Below the pieces are notes generated by a model that was not told the origin of the DNA, did no database searches, and worked only from the letters and a program-made list of their open reading frames with translations. This document shows, piece after piece, positions 1-12,927 of a DNA stretch of 64,000 bases. Numbering within the stretch: the first letter of the stretch is position 1; every line of letters starts with the position of its first letter. The position numbers and the translations under genes were made by a program. This DNA comes from Salisapilia sapeloensis CBS 127946 (Eukaryota > Protista > Oomycota): the NCBI GenBank assembly GCA_023334545.1, contig JAADVB010000046.1:1-64000 (forward strand), written 5' to 3'.

Positions 1-1
1 G

Positions 2-289
2 AAGGTCGGAGGTGAGACCGTCTTCCCGTACTCGTTGGACCGTTTCTCAGATGACAAGATTGAGCGAAAGGGAATGGACGAATGTTCCTCCGGGTTGGCT
101 GTACCACCACGTGGGCTGCATGCATCCTTGTTTTACGTCCAAACCCCAGAGGGCGATATTGATTACCTTAGCAAACATGGCGGATGTCCGCCACATTATG
201 GCACCAAATGGGGATCCAATGTCTTTATGTGGAATGCGGATGCGGACGAAGGATATGATACGCATTCGGTCAAGAAAAAAGAAGAATAA
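2..289 (+). CDS. Prolyl 4-hydroxylase alpha-like 2OG-Fe(II) dioxygenase, C-terminal fragment (5' end outside window)
   Basis: Frame from base 2 reads KVGGETVFPY...SLFYVQ...LSKHGGCPPHYGTKWGSNVFMW. GGETxFP, HGGCP and KW are P4H motifs. Stop at 287-289. Confidence 0.8.
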   Translation, partial: KVGGETVFPYSLDRFSDDKIERKGMDECSSGLAVPPRGLHASLFYVQTPEGDIDYLSKHGGCPPHYGTKWGSNVFMWNADADEGYDTHSVKKKEE

Positions 290-748
290 TACAATTTGGT
301 AACTACAATTCATAAGCACTCTGCATATGACAATCATATAAATCGCTTTAAATTCACGAACCAACAAAGGCAGAGATCTGCCTCGGCATGTATGCACTAC
401 TTTGGTGTCTCAATCATACCAAACAGTTCCTTCATTCAACCGTATCCTGTATACATTCCTAAAGTTTGCGATCACAAGTTGACTGCACCTAGACATAAAG
501 CAAGATGCATTCTAAAATGAAATTTTCCATCGCTTCAAGGGTATTGAACGACTCTACCAGTACATTGGTGCAGAGTGCTTCTGCAATCAGGTACACCCAG
601 AGCTAAATGCTATCTACCTCGCACATTTCCATTTCGTTGCTCGATATTGTGTCGTGAAACCTATCTCTGATTGGCTGCTTCCGTAAAACCTTTCAATATA
701 TACTTTACGCAAGATGTTTGAGAAGCATACTTGAGCCACACATTACCC

Positions 749-758
749 GCTCATTCTT
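749..758 (+). promoter_or_regulatory. Oomycete-type initiator (INR) upstream of ATP synthase b
   Basis: GCTCATTCTT lies ~40 nt upstream of ATG 792 and matches the GCTCATTYY core. Confidence 0.5.
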
Positions 759-791
759 GGCCCCCTGTATTCCGGACTCTGAAATAAAAGT

Positions 792-1867
792 ATGTTGAGC
801 CGTGCCGTCTTCCGAGCTGCCAGCCAGCGCGCTGCGCTAGCACGCACCTCTATGCGATCTGCTGCTATTCACAGCAGTGCCCCTGTTGCTTCTGAAGAAG
901 GCAAGGAGAGCGCCAAGACGCCGTACCTTGCTCCGGAAGCGCTCCAGAAGGAGGGTCTCCTCGCCCAGTTCGGTCTCGACGACTGGAAGATCTCGGCCCC
1001 GATCGCCGCTGCACTTGCCATCCCGCTCATTAACAATGGCGTACGTGCTGCTTTATACTAGGTCACAAGGGACAAATCGTATTAATTAAGACTGGACTAT
1101 TGCATATAATAGGTGTACGTGATCAACGAAGAAACGCAGTTGGCTTGCTGCTTCTTCCTCTTCGGTACTTCTCTGTACAAGTACGGTGGTGACATGATTG
1201 CCTCGTACTTTGACGACGCCGCTGCTGCCATCCTCCGGTAAGAAGACACGATTTGGTTTATCGTACCACATATGACGAGTAATCGAATGAACGCTATAGC
1301 GAGCACAACGAAGTCGAAGACTCGAACTTGTCGCTTGCCAAGGAGACGCTCCAGACGCACGAATCTCTTCTCCAGATCCACGAAGATGTTGCTGCTGTCG
1401 CCGAGGCCCACAAAGAAGCCGTCGACCTCATGTGCCAGGTCCAGGCCTACAAACTCCGTCACAAGACCCGCGAGGCCTTCATCCGTAACCTCGAGTCCAT
1501 CCGTGAGACCGAGACGTCGTACAACCAGCTCCTCCAGAAGGACATGGTCGCCTCTTCCACCGCCAAGGTTCGTGCGATCATCGAAAAGGGCGACAAGTCC
1601 CTCAAGTCGGCTGCTTTCAAGAACGCTCTTGACGTCCTCTCGGACGCCAAGGTCGATGACAGCAAGGAGGATGACGTTGCTGCGTTGTTTGTCAAGGAAC
1701 TCCGTTCGTACGCTTCTGAATTGGAGGCCAAGGAGGGCCAGACCATCAAGCTGTCGGCTGAAGAGCAGAAGGAGCTCCAGGCTGACTTGGACGCTTACGC
1801 CAAGCGCTTCGACCTTGAAAGTGCGGAGCTCAAGGCTGCTGACGAGATCAAGGTCAAGCTCATGTAG
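792..1867 (+). CDS. ATP4: Mitochondrial ATP synthase subunit b (F0), nuclear-encoded, 3 exons (792-1040, 1113-1237, 1300-1867)
   Basis: Arg/Ala/Ser-rich transit peptide MLSRAVFRAASQR. GT-AG introns join to give ...PLINNG|VYVINEETQLACCFFLFG..., followed by a helical stalk region. Confidence 0.85.
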
Positions 1868-2097
1868 ATGCTGAAATGCTCAAGAGCGCGTTCGCAGTGC
1901 GATAAGATGAAAAATGCAAGGAGCCATTGCTCTCAACTGGTCATCGTTGCCTTTATTTGCTTCTTATCTTTCGTGCCTACTTGTGGAAACTTGGATATAT
2001 GAGCTTGAAACAGGAATTGGAAACCTAGCTTCAAGGTAGGGATAAAGGATACTTTGGTAGAGCACTTGCCTCGGCATTATCATTCGATCGTACATCA

Positions 2098-2757
2098 CTA
2101 AAAGCGTTTGGCATGACTGAAAGATGAGGTTGGTCCTGTTCGGAAGCCAGTGCAGTCTAGTTCGTAGATTGGTCCAGGTGCTCGACCTCCGACTGATCCA
2201 CCACTTGGTCGAAGTCGCTTTTCAGTACCAAACGTTGTGTTCACATGCTCTCTCGAGTCTTTAAAGGATCCTTTCAATGCGATATTCGGACCTGGGCTGT
2301 TCGTTGTCATGCTGAGTGGTGGACGAACACTCGTTCCGAAAACGGAAGATCGATCCGGATTTATCGATGCTGGTAGGTCGTAGACTGGACCCGGAGATAA
2401 AGTGGCGTTACTTTGGCTATCAGACCTAGGTGCGTTGCTGAAACCTATCACGGGAGCCGTACGTTTTGGGGAGATCGGCTGCGTACCACAAGCGGAAACT
2501 GGGCGGTATGACCCAGGACCAGCACAAGGGTTGGCCCGCTTCTGGCTCGTGTCCCAATCAGCTCTAGTGCTCGTACCGAAGCTCTTCTTTTGACCAGCAC
2601 CGACACTAGATGGAAGTGTATAGAGAGCATCTGTGGCGTTAGTGGATTGCTGCCATTGGAATCGACGTTCGGTCGGTGTGTAGGTTGATATGGCATGGTG
2701 GACACCGTATTTGGAAGGAGTGTCGAACAAGCACTTGACAGGCTTGGAAGGGTCCAT
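2098..2757 (-). CDS. Sperm-tail PG-rich repeat (STPG / ODF3-CIMAP1-like) flagellar protein
   Basis: Single 219-aa ORF with repeated PGPGSY, PGPVYD, PGPNI and PGPIYE motifs, each followed by an FG/FS-x-x-x-R motif. Confidence 0.8.
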   Translation of the reverse strand: MDPSKPVKCLFDTPSKYGVHHAISTYTPTERRFQWQQSTNATDALYTLPSSVGAGQKKSFGTSTRADWDTSQKRANPCAGPGSYRPVSACGTQPISPKRTAPVIGFSNAPRSDSQSNATLSPGPVYDLPASINPDRSSVFGTSVRPPLSMTTNSPGPNIALKGSFKDSREHVNTTFGTEKRLRPSGGSVGGRAPGPIYELDCTGFRTGPTSSFSHAKRF

Positions 2758-2798
2758 GATGAACTTTAGTGAGGGATAAGCAGCTATTGAAAGTCACC

Positions 2799-2813
2799 TT
2801 AATGTGAAATGAC
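2799..2813 (-). promoter_or_regulatory. INR+FPR core promoter of the STPG gene
   Basis: Minus strand reads GTCATTTCACATT ~45 nt upstream of ATG 2757, a near-consensus TCATTYYNCAWT. Confidence 0.55.
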
Positions 2814-3441
2814 AATCATAACTAGCTTCATCCGACTCTGGTCCTAAGAAGATGAAGCATTGAAAGGATCCAATGGTGCCTTCGTGGTCTGCTAATATCT
2901 CCACTATATGCTGCCATCATACAGCACAGTTTCGAGGGAGGTCAAATGAATATAAATAGATTCTTGCTTTGGAAACGCACTTTGTTCTTGAATTTCTATG
3001 CTCGCTCGTCTCTAGGATCTCTTGTAAATGCTAACGGAGGACATAAATGAAGGTTTTGGCTTCCTGGATGGCTATTAGCGATCTAAAAGAACTTTTAATA
3101 GTGTGAATATAAGTGAATGGAAACTCAGCAGACGATATCAAGTACATGTGCAAAGTTTAATATTATGTCTGAAGCGATAACCAGCTATTTATTAACGCAT
3201 TGAAAGGACCTAAGACTGCCAAAAGTGGATTCGAGGCATTGCATGCGAGTGTTGCGCGTATATTGACTCCAATTACCACATTGGTCATTTTGACAGGGAC
3301 ATCTCGGATGTGCTGACCATGAAAACTGTCAATCTTTGATTTCGTACAAGACCATCTCAACATGGAAGAGAATGTATTTCATCCTTTACAAGCTTGACGT
3401 TAGAGGTTCTTTGTACTGCCATGGAGTTCGACGTAAATGTG

Positions 3442-5245
3442 CTACTCAACGACGTTATACTTGCGCCATTTGTACCAGTTGCTACTCGAGTCATTTTGAT
3501 TTCCTCGTTGCGGCCAAATGGGTTGCGTCAACCCTGCATTCTGTTGCAACTTTGGTGCTTGATACGGCGATTGAAATACTGTTTTAAGATTTTCATTGTT
3601 TTCTAGAACAGAAGCTTTTTGACGATAGAGCATCGCAAGATGTGTAGTCTGTGCAATTGCATTTTGCAATCGAACGCTCTTCCAAGCCTACGTTGTGTAC
3701 GAGTTAAATGCAAATAAGAATTTGTTTCATATCTAGTAGACTTTTATTGCAAATACTGCAGATTTTTACCTGGAAAACTTTGTGTCGTATCGTTCGACTT
3801 CTGCCTCGAGCAGACATTTTCAGCAGCCCTCGCACGGTACTTTGCATGTTTGCTAACTCTTTCTCTATCTCTTTCACTTTATCGGCTGCCTTCTTCTGAC
3901 AAAGTCTTACTTCTAGAGCGCATCGATCTTCTCGCTGCTTGCACGCTGTTGACATCTATTTAATTCATAATTAGTGGTAACCTGATCATTGCAAATCCTT
4001 GAAAAGCATAACACGCCAAACCTGGCGTAGATAATGCAGCACATCATGCTGGTATATTGCTAGCTCCCGTGGGTAGTTAGAAATCTCGTTTTTTATCAAT
4101 TTCATCATGCTCGTCATATCTTTTGCCTTTTCGTTTAAGCTTTCTCCATATTCGTGAAGTTTCTCTTGTCGGTGCGTACAATCTTTTCTCATTTGGGCAA
4201 TAGCAGCTTCCTTTGACTGCATCATCAACAGCTTCCAACCTCCAAAGAGTGATTGCATCGTCATGAAAGATTCTTGATGTATCAGCTGATTTTGTTTCCA
4301 GTTAAAAAGTCTGGATCGTGTTTGAAGGACGCGATTGAGTTCCTGCTCCATCAACCGTCCTTCATCTTTTAAATTATGTGTGTATCTCGTCTGCTCCTCG
4401 ACTTGTGCTTGCTACATAAACATAAATCGTCTGCGAGAAGTAGGTATGAGAGAAAGAATGGAATCGATTACCAATTTCTCCGTAGTATGACGTAGACTTT
4501 TTATTTCGTCATCGCGCTCGTTGGCCTCGCTTTTTAAAGAACAGATCTCGATCGACTAGAAGTCATTCAGTTTAACCAGACCTGAAATAGCGAAAATATA
4601 AATTACTTGTTCTTGTATCTGGCTTTGCTTCTCTTGTAGACTTACTCGTAATGCTTCTTTTTCTTGATTCAATCCATGTATCTGCAACTCTGTATATTGG
4701 ATCTAATGTATCCCTTAGTTAAAGAAGAGTATTTAAAAGCTGAAAAATAAGCTGGATACTTGAGCTTTGTGGATCGTTTCATTTTTGCTAAGTTGATCCA
4801 TATCAAGTTGCAAAGCACGCTTTTCATCACTTAGAACAGCATGTTGGCCCTGAAGTTGCTCCATGTTCTACGTGAAAATACTAGTAGGTACTCTTTATGA
4901 TTTATAATGACAGCATTGCAATACCTGCTCATACGCTTCCCGAGCAAGTTTTGCGTCAATGTCTGCTTGCTCGATTCTAGATATCCTTGCCTTCAATTCT
5001 CCTTCGAGCTGACAATTTCGAGTGCGCAGCTTAGCAACTTCTAAGAGTAGCTCCTGTGCATTTCGGTTCGCACTACTTGTCTGCTGCTTATAAGACTCTA
5101 CTTCTTTCCGATGAAGTTCCAGCTCTTTCTCTCGAACCCGCTCAAGCTAATAAATTATTGCTAAATATATGAAAAGTAATGAGATAGAGGACGGACAGTA
5201 GACCTCATGCAGACGATAGTGCACATTGGTCTCGTTGTCTATCAT
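3442..5245 (-). CDS. Multi-exon coiled-coil protein of unknown function
   Basis: Exons MIDNETNVHYRLHE|LERVREKELELHRKEVE...YEQ| join ORFs 3986-4354, 3704-3955 and 3442-3669 through GT-AG introns. Heptad-rich in E/K/L/Q, with F-x-x-W-K motifs. Start could instead be 5338. Confidence 0.6.
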
Positions 5246-5383
5246 CTCTCTCTCTCTCTGCTTCTTCAATGTCGAAGAAATGACATCGATAACGGTCGAA
5301 AGCGTAGCAAGTGAAACGAATGAAACGCAGATTGGCATAAATGCAGGATTTCCATTGCTTATGCCCTCAAGCCTATCATCTTC

Positions 5384-6325
5384 CTACTCTTCGTGATCTT
5401 TGATCTGAGTAAACCATGGGACGAATGCAGACACTTGCTTCTGGTAGTCCCGATACGCTGGATACTTGGACACGGAGATGTATTCTGTGAAGGGAACAGA
5501 CCCGGAGAAGACGGACGTAAGCAGAAGGCATCCAACAATCGATGGATTGATCGCTACATTCGACGCAGCAACGCTAAAGCCGTAGAAGACGTACCAGATA
5601 CTCAATTCAGCAAAAAAGTTCGGGTGACGACTGTACTTGAACAGTCCACTACGGTTAAATCCGATCTTGTAGTCGCCCGTGAGTTTCTCCTTGTTGTTGA
5701 TCAGCTCGTATTTGCGGGTGTAGTATGTCCATTGCTGCTGGTCTGCTACTGTTTCCAAAAGTAAGAAAGCAAGGAACAGAGCTGCAGACACTGCATCGAC
5801 AGCATTTAGATCCCAACTATCATAGCGATTGGTGTAGGCAATGTAGGCAGGCGAAGCAATGAGGAACAAGAGGACGAGCTGGAAGATGGTGATGAAGACG
5901 ATGTTGAAGATCTGGTAGAAAATCCAGTGCATCTTTTCCCGCAGGACACCCCATCGGTAGTCCTCTTCACTCAGTCGATAGCCTCCTTTCCGACCGAAAT
6001 TGTACGTGAGACGAAGTCCCCACAAGACCGACAGAATGGACATGAGCACAAGACGCGGCTGGAATTGGTTGTCCTCCAAATACGCTTTGTACGCAAAGTG
6101 GACAACATAGACGAACGGAGTGATGGACCACAACCGATCGACGTGCGAGTAGTTTCCAGTCAGGACACTGAGTATCCAACAGACAGCAATGACCAGAGCG
6201 AGGAACTGGAAAGCTAGGCCAAGTGCACTTCCAGATTCATACGAAAGTGGCACTTGCGAAATCGCTTCATTCGAGGCAATACGGATGTGCTCGAAAGCGC
6301 CATCCCAAGTCGTAACGTCAGCCAT
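5384..6325 (-). CDS. DUF1295 / steroid 5-alpha-reductase-like membrane protein
   Basis: Multiple TM helices; motifs VDRLWS, WGLRL, EDYRW, ETVADQQQW, GLFKYSRHPNFFAE, TEYIS and YxDYQKQV. Confidence 0.85.
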   Translation of the reverse strand: MADVTTWDGAFEHIRIASNEAISQVPLSYESGSALGLAFQFLALVIAVCWILSVLTGNYSHVDRLWSITPFVYVVHFAYKAYLEDNQFQPRLVLMSILSVLWGLRLTYNFGRKGGYRLSEEDYRWGVLREKMHWIFYQIFNIVFITIFQLVLLFLIASPAYIAYTNRYDSWDLNAVDAVSAALFLAFLLLETVADQQQWTYYTRKYELINNKEKLTGDYKIGFNRSGLFKYSRHPNFFAELSIWYVFYGFSVAASNVAINPSIVGCLLLTSVFSGSVPFTEYISVSKYPAYRDYQKQVSAFVPWFTQIKDHEE

Positions 6326-6529
6326 CGAAACGAGATTGACAAATGACCGAGTATGCTGAGGATGATGACACACTTGTTCTCAAGTAAGGATGGGTCGGCA
6401 TCGGCATACAAAAAGCAAGTACAGCAGCTATCTGATAACGAGCTAAAAGCGCGCCTTTGCCACCTAAATCGTGTCTTTCCAGTACGTTTTATGCTAGACG
6501 TCCCACTGTCCTACTGGAATGGTTTCATT

Positions 6530-6551
6530 TGAACCCATTTGAACCCATTTG
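6530..6551. repeat. Tandem 10-bp direct repeat (TGAACCCATT)x2 in the divergent promoter region
   Basis: tttgaacccatttgaacccatttg lies between the divergent DUF1295 and acyltransferase starts. Confidence 0.8.
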
Positions 6552-6640
6552 TCAAGTTGACGCGTTTCTGTCATCTGTAAACTGGACCACTTTTAGACGT
6601 GAAATTAGTAGGGAGAAGTAAGTCGAAGGATTTTGTCTCG

Positions 6641-6656
6641 GCTCATTCCCGAGTTT
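6641..6656 (+). promoter_or_regulatory. INR+FPR-like core promoter of the acyltransferase gene
   Basis: GCTCATTCCCGAGTTT lies ~40 nt upstream of ATG 6695. Confidence 0.55.
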
Positions 6657-6694
6657 CGATCCATTTCGACTTTAGCAGGACACCCGACAGCACC

Positions 6695-8119
6695 ATGATC
6701 GTGCTGCTACATTCACTTTTGAACCTCCTCTGGATTCTATGCAATAGCGCTTTAATCAACTTTTGCCAATTTGCACTATGGTGCCTCGTGCGACCGTTTA
6801 GTCGTGCCTCCTACCGCTACCTCATGGGGTACACTTTTCTTCCAACTAGCTATGACAGAAATTGGTCAGTGGACTAACGTATCTCGTGGTGGTGTATAAC
6901 TATAGGACGACGATCCAAGCGTTGTGGGTCGAAGTCACGAATACTTGCTTTCCTCGCACGAAGCTCCAGATCACGTACAGCTCTATCGATACAAGTACGC
7001 GTCTCGTGCATCTCTAATTGCATTGGTATAGAGGAGACATTCCGTTTGACACGGACCGACCGGCCATCATTCTCTGCAATCACCAAGTCGATGCCGACTG
7101 GTGGTACATTTGGCAAGGTATCTAGCTTACCACCTAGGACGATAAACCCACATACTCATACGAGAGTAGCTGCAAGGGCCAGTAGTGGAGCTGGAAACAT
7201 CAAGATCGTGTTGAAAGAACAGCTCAAGTACGTCCCAATCATCGGATGGGGCATGCGTCTCTTCGAGTTCCTCTTCCTTCGCCGCAGTCTTGCCCACGAC
7301 TCGCACAACATTAAAAGTATTCCGTCTCCTATAGCCAGTTCTAGTCACGTGCTAAAGGGTTCATGATTAGAGTATATGAAAGGCTTGATCGACGACGAAT
7401 TCCCCTTCTGGCTCGTCTTCTTTCCGGAAGGAACGACTATGAATGTTGAGTCTCGCGTCAAGTCCAAGGAATTTGCCAAGAGGTCAAACCGACCAGAGTT
7501 TAATCGTCTCCTCCTCCCACGCTCCACTGGCCTCGACATTGTCCTCGATGGTGTCAAGGACGCAAAGCCAGATATATACGACCTCACCATGGCGTTCCCG
7601 TCGTACTCGGGCGAAGTACCGACGGCAGCTATGGGCTACACTCGCCGAAATGATACAGAGATTCCGTCCATGAAGAGTTTATTAAGTGGAAGAGGGCCAG
7701 AGGTGGTGCACATGTACGGTCAAAAGTATGCGTATGAAGACGTAGCAGAGAATGTGGAGGCGTTTTTGGATGAGAGATGGAAAGAGAAGGAGGAGCGACT
7801 CAACTACTTTATTGACAACCAGAAGTTTCCTCGAGACGAACTCCTCCGCCGGACGATCAGACTGCCATTGTCGTACACGGCGGTTATTCGCCTCTGGATC
7901 GGATTTACCTGTCTAGCGTTTGGATTGCCAGTCGTGGTTATCAGTTTCTTCCCGCTGTACACGGTGTGGGTCGTCTACTGCTTCGTCAGCTCCGTGTATG
8001 ACCGTACGACGAGCTTTTGGTGGCCGTACATTTCGAACCTGTTGCTCCAACCGTCCAAAACTGGTAATTTATTCAAGCTCAAGACGGAGAGGCAGCGGAA
8101 TGTTCCTGTAGATGATTAA
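6695..8119 (+). CDS. Lysophospholipid / lysocardiolipin acyltransferase (AGPAT/LCLAT1 family), multi-exon
   Basis: Motif NHQVDADWWYIW (NHx4D), then KEQLKYVPIIGWGMRLFEFLFLRR, FPEGT and LLLPRSTG, with C-terminal TM helices. Confidence 0.85.
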
Positions 8120-8951
8120 GTCTGCAGAGATGTGAGAGACGGAAGTAATCAAAGCTTCCGTTTCTTGTTGCATCAGGTAGATCAAGGTGCGAATTGAAAC
8201 TTTATTGATGATACGAATCTGGTCTTTGGTAGTTGGCATAGGTCTGTTTCTCATAATGCTGTCTTGTCATTCTTGCAAATGAAAAACAAAGATGTAAAGT
8301 AGAACCGCAAGGTTTCTTTGACGTCGAGTTGGATAAAGCAGTCGCTTTGGTGCGAGTCTCAACGAAGGTTTATATCGTACTAGAGTCTGTGAACACTGTG
8401 TTTTGGGATACTTCGTATGTGGGATGGAGATTTGTTTACTAGAGAATATTCTCTAGATACTTGATGCCTCAACTACTTGCTCTCTTTAATAAACGCATGT
8501 GGAACTGCATCTTCAAAAACAAGAAGCTAACGTTCGAGACATGCTGTGTGATGGCACAACATACAGTCATCTAGTGTCTAGTCAATACGTTTAGCATGAT
8601 ACTACGGTATCCTGGGCTGCATGCAGTTTGTCGACCGTAATGATGATGATTGAAACACGATGGTCATCCACTTCAGTCATCCGTCGCTAAGCGTTCATTT
8701 CTAATCACATATCGACAGCATCAGATGTCATCGACGTTCTGGGCATAAACAATCATATAGACAAGGCAATAGTCGTCATAGCTCCATCGTGGCGATGTAG
8801 ACTCCTGGATGCGAGTGCTCATGAAAGACAAGAAAGATCAAAAGTATCATGCAAAGAAAGCAGCTAAGGCAGAAGAAATCTAACGAGGTTCGAACTAGAG
8901 CATGCATTGTTGCGGCAACGGCCTTATAAAGTAGATTCTTCTTCCTCTTCC

Positions 8952-11900
8952 TCATTCCGTAGAAACTCTTCATGAAGATGTTGAAGATGCTTCCTCAAGG
9001 CTACCACGGCCACTTAAGTATGAATTAAGTCTTGCATGAACCATACTATTCTTATACGTACATTGGACATCCATATCAGCGTATCGAAGGGCAAGCAGTC
9101 GATGTAGCAGACGCTTATCATACCTCATCGGAGGGTAATTCAGTCCATTCGATTCATTCACTCCTGTCATATTAGCAAGACGGTCGTATGTACTAAACGC
9201 TTCTTGTATAATATCTTGCGGTAACCCACACATCGCTGCAGTCTTAATCCCATACTGCCCCGTCGATGGACATGGTCCATCCTCTACTTTATGTCTCAAC
9301 TGAACGTAGTTCTCATGCTCCTCAGATGCCAAATGGTAGCACCGACAGGACGAATAGAGTTCCGCAAGTCGGTTTAGACTAGTGTAGTGGGTTGCAAAGA
9401 GTGTATACGCTCCTTTGGCAATGAGCTGTTCACTCACGGACCAGGCAATAGCGGATCCTTCATCATTCGCCGTCCCTCTTCCCAGCTCATCGATCAGAAC
9501 GAGAGACTGAGGTGTGCATGTATCTAGTATAAAAGCTGTTTCGGACATCTCGACGACAAATGTACTCGCGTTCTCTTCCATATTGTCCGATGTGCCGAAG
9601 CGAGTACAAATGCGATCTCGAATCGGGATGAAAGCTTTCGACGCTGGCACGTAGCTCCCCATCTGTGCTAAGATCGTGATAAGCGCGACGGTACGAAGGT
9701 ACGTAGACTTGCCAGCGCAATTGGCTCCTGTGATGACTAGGACCACATCAGTTATGTAGCTTGTAATGAATAAGTCGCATGAGGTACTGTGGAAGCGAGT
9801 GAGAGGATCGAAGAACTTGGTAACGTTTCGTCAGTACTCTTTCTTTGGGATCATGTCGAATGGAGTGTACCGTATCGTTTGCGACGTAATTCGGTCCGTC
9901 GAGTACTCTTTCAACGAGTGCATGTCGGCCGGCTTGGATGACAAGGTTGCCACGCTTGTTCAGCTTTGGACGGACATCTATTCGTCCCATAAGGATCCGT
10001 CATGCCTCGAGTAAAAGGTATCTGTGTCATGTATACATGGTTGAGTAGGAGGAGCTAGAGCCACGACGTTGACAAAGCTAACAGAAATACACGTCGTCAA
10101 GCACGGAATGACTTGGTTGTGGAAGAGATGTAATGAAACCTGAGAAGCATGTCTAGGAGAGCGATGCTCTCGGCCATGGCGTACATGGTCGCAGCGTATG
10201 GTCGAATGTTATTTAAGAGATCTTGCACTGTATCTGCTGATCGCTTAAAGACAGCGTTCATGGACTCATGGGCACGAGCATTTAGCGACTGGAGCTCCCT
10301 TGTCGTGCACATAATCTCTAGATTTATACATCCAGATCATGTATTCAGTTTATTGTTTTATTGAAAAAGCATATCGATACCTTTGTTCGTATGAACGACT
10401 TCGATGTATCCTGTTGGGATTTGGGCGCTTCCTGCTTGTAGTTTTAAATGATACCCACGGCGTGCCCTGTAGAGAAAGTTCTAGCTTAATATGCACTAGA
10501 TGGAATTTACTTCGTTGTTGATCCGTACGTATAATGAAGTCGGATCGGAAGGTCGCTCTGATCCTCATATCGATGTGCGACTTCATGAATGCGATTGACC
10601 GTATCCAAGTATGTTCTTCGGGCGACGTCGAGCATGCCATCGATACCAGGTCGCACGGCAAAGCTTTCCTGAATACGTTTCTGAGCTGCCGATCGACATA
10701 CTTGTACACTACGTCTCATGAGAATACTATCCGATACGACCAATCTGCTTGATCATTTTACTTTTCACTGAAAACACGGTCGATTTCATTCCGAATGACA
10801 TCAAACGTATCATTTTGAAGGCTTGAAATTATAGTTAACATGTATTAGTCGAGTTTTAAAGAGAATTGAAGGCTAGAGTACCTTTCGATGATAGCATGCA
10901 AGAGAGCAGGGGTCTCTTCTAGCTCACGTCTCGATGACGTGAGCGCAGACGCTAGTTGTGGTAGGCATGCTAGCACATTTTTAAGTGATATCACGCTCGA
11001 AATGGCAGAGCGTGAGATCGCAGCCGTTGTCTGCTTTGGAACGACAACAAGTTGGTGCTATTAAACAAAAGGATCAGCCTGGTAAGAACTTTAGCGAAAA
11101 CGACGTTGTCGATACCAGGATTCGATCAAGTGCTTTGAAGTTTTGAAGCTCCTCAGTTACGTCAAAGAACCACCCAGGATTGTCTAGGAAGACACTAACC
11201 ATTTCTTGACGGTCGTGACTACTCAAGATTATCATGTGGGACCCATCAAGGAGTACGAACGGGAAAGCGTACATGGTTTTAAGATGGCATGTCGGCTGTA
11301 AGATCTACAGACTAGGATGATGATATGAAATACGCTAGTGTTGGATGTGTACAACTTACAGTGGAACGAAGTAGGCGGTATCCCGTTGACGTCTGCGTGG
11401 TGTCCAGGATCCCACAGAGCGACTAAATCAGCTAAAGCTTTCAGTATAAGGCGCTTCAAATGTTTATAAGGCGCAGGGCTGAACCTGTTTGACATTCGAA
11501 TTACGAGCGTTTCGAACGAGTTCGAGTGCTGAAATGGTCGATTGGTCCAAGAGGAGCTTTTGAGACGATGGATTTAGCACCACCTGCATGTACGAAATAA
11601 ATACGGCAGCTAGGTAACAGAAGAGAGTCTAGTTTACCTTGACTGTATTGGAAGCAATGTGCACGCCTTGCGTATATTCAATATATCGCAGCAGCGATGA
11701 GGTTGCAGCCATGGCAACGTAGTTCTAGCATTGAAGGTCATGCAAATACGATCATATCAGACAAGATACACAGCGGAAAATGTACCTGGCTGATGTTGAG
11801 ATCGACATGATTTAGCTTTATACGCCTCAAATCTTCTGTGCCTTGCGTTTGGCTACCCAAAACAAGTTGTAGGATCAAAACAGATCGATAGCTATAATTA

Positions 11901-12416
11901 CACATAGACGAACTTGAAATACTTGCGCTCAAGTGGAACAACACGGCACATCGATGTGCTAAAGTGCTTCATAACTTCTTGATTCAACCCGTGAGCGTTC
12001 CGAGACTTCACGACAAGTATTTCGGATGGCTATTACCATGATAATCACAGTCTTGAGACCACTGCAAGCATAAAGTATATCGATGTAAAAGGTAACCTGG
12101 TATGTTTGCAAAAGCGAAATGGCTTCTGCATAAGAATGGGAGTCAATGATTGTCCATATCAAGAGTTCGTGCGGTGCAGATAAGTCCATGGCACATAATC
12201 CTGAGCAAAGTAGCGGATGAAAAGCTTGCAAGTGCTACGAAAAACAAGATGGAAACCGATCTCTCGTGCCCGTGTTTCAGCTGTAGAGATTACGATAAAT
12301 GGCTCGTTCGGTAGGGCGAATGACTTTGAGGTCCTAGAATATACTGTCGCGGCACTAGTACCCGCATTAGGCATTAACGTCTCCGCGCGGTTTTCCATCT
12401 TCAACTGTTGCTTCAT
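8952..12416 (-). CDS. MSH4: MutS homolog 4 (meiotic crossover factor), highly intron-rich
   Basis: Walker A ITGANCAGKSTYLR, AQMGSYVPA, STFVVEMSETAFIL, LIDELGRGT and FATHY. N-terminal ETRAREIG|LCAMDL is typical of MSH4. The last exon gives ...QLAVVALRKHLQHLHEEFSTE*. The exact 5' end is uncertain. Confidence 0.85.
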
Positions 12417-12927
12417 CAACTATATGTCGTTGTTATTGTGGGATGATTCATAATAAATACATCTATAAATTGAAAAGTTGCTTAGGTTAGTTTTGTAGGT
12501 AGAATTCCTACATCCAAGCTATATCCTATGCTTTTCTTGCCAGATCATAAAGAGAGGACGACAGTAGCAAGACCGATTGGACAACGCATTCATTGCTTCT
12601 ATACAGAAAGAATTGAGACTGCAACTAGAGAAGAACTGCAAATATGAGTGATGTACGTTTATGTTAATGCTGTCGACCTAGATAACACGTAGTGCATTCA
12701 CTCCAATACCTGTAACATGTAGTATTGAGTATATACAAATTTTATACTAGGAGTGTTTAAATGAAGAAACTGCGTATGATTCTAATAAAACTTCGGATAA
12801 ATCTACATTTTTATTTATCTTGGCCAAAGCAGGTTTCAGACTACTTGGAGGCAACGCTTATATTTCGTATTAATCTATGTAAAAGCTTGAGCGTCTCCGT
12901 ACGAGCCATCGTGCGACGACGATGAGA

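Noticed and set aside
5246-5259. (CT)7 dinucleotide run
   Set aside because: Short and ordinary; lies just upstream of the coiled-coil gene start.
8120-8973. Minus-strand ORF MKSFYGMRKRKK...FLCMILLIFLVF with a TM-like stretch overlapping the MSH4 stop, plus downstream fragments
   Set aside because: It overlaps MSH4's last exon, and I could not join the fragments into a coherent spliced frame or recognise a family.
12540-12660. Plus-strand coding-like segment QDRLDNAFIASIQKELRLQLEKNCKYE upstream of MSH4
   Set aside because: Too short, with no start or supporting exons identified.
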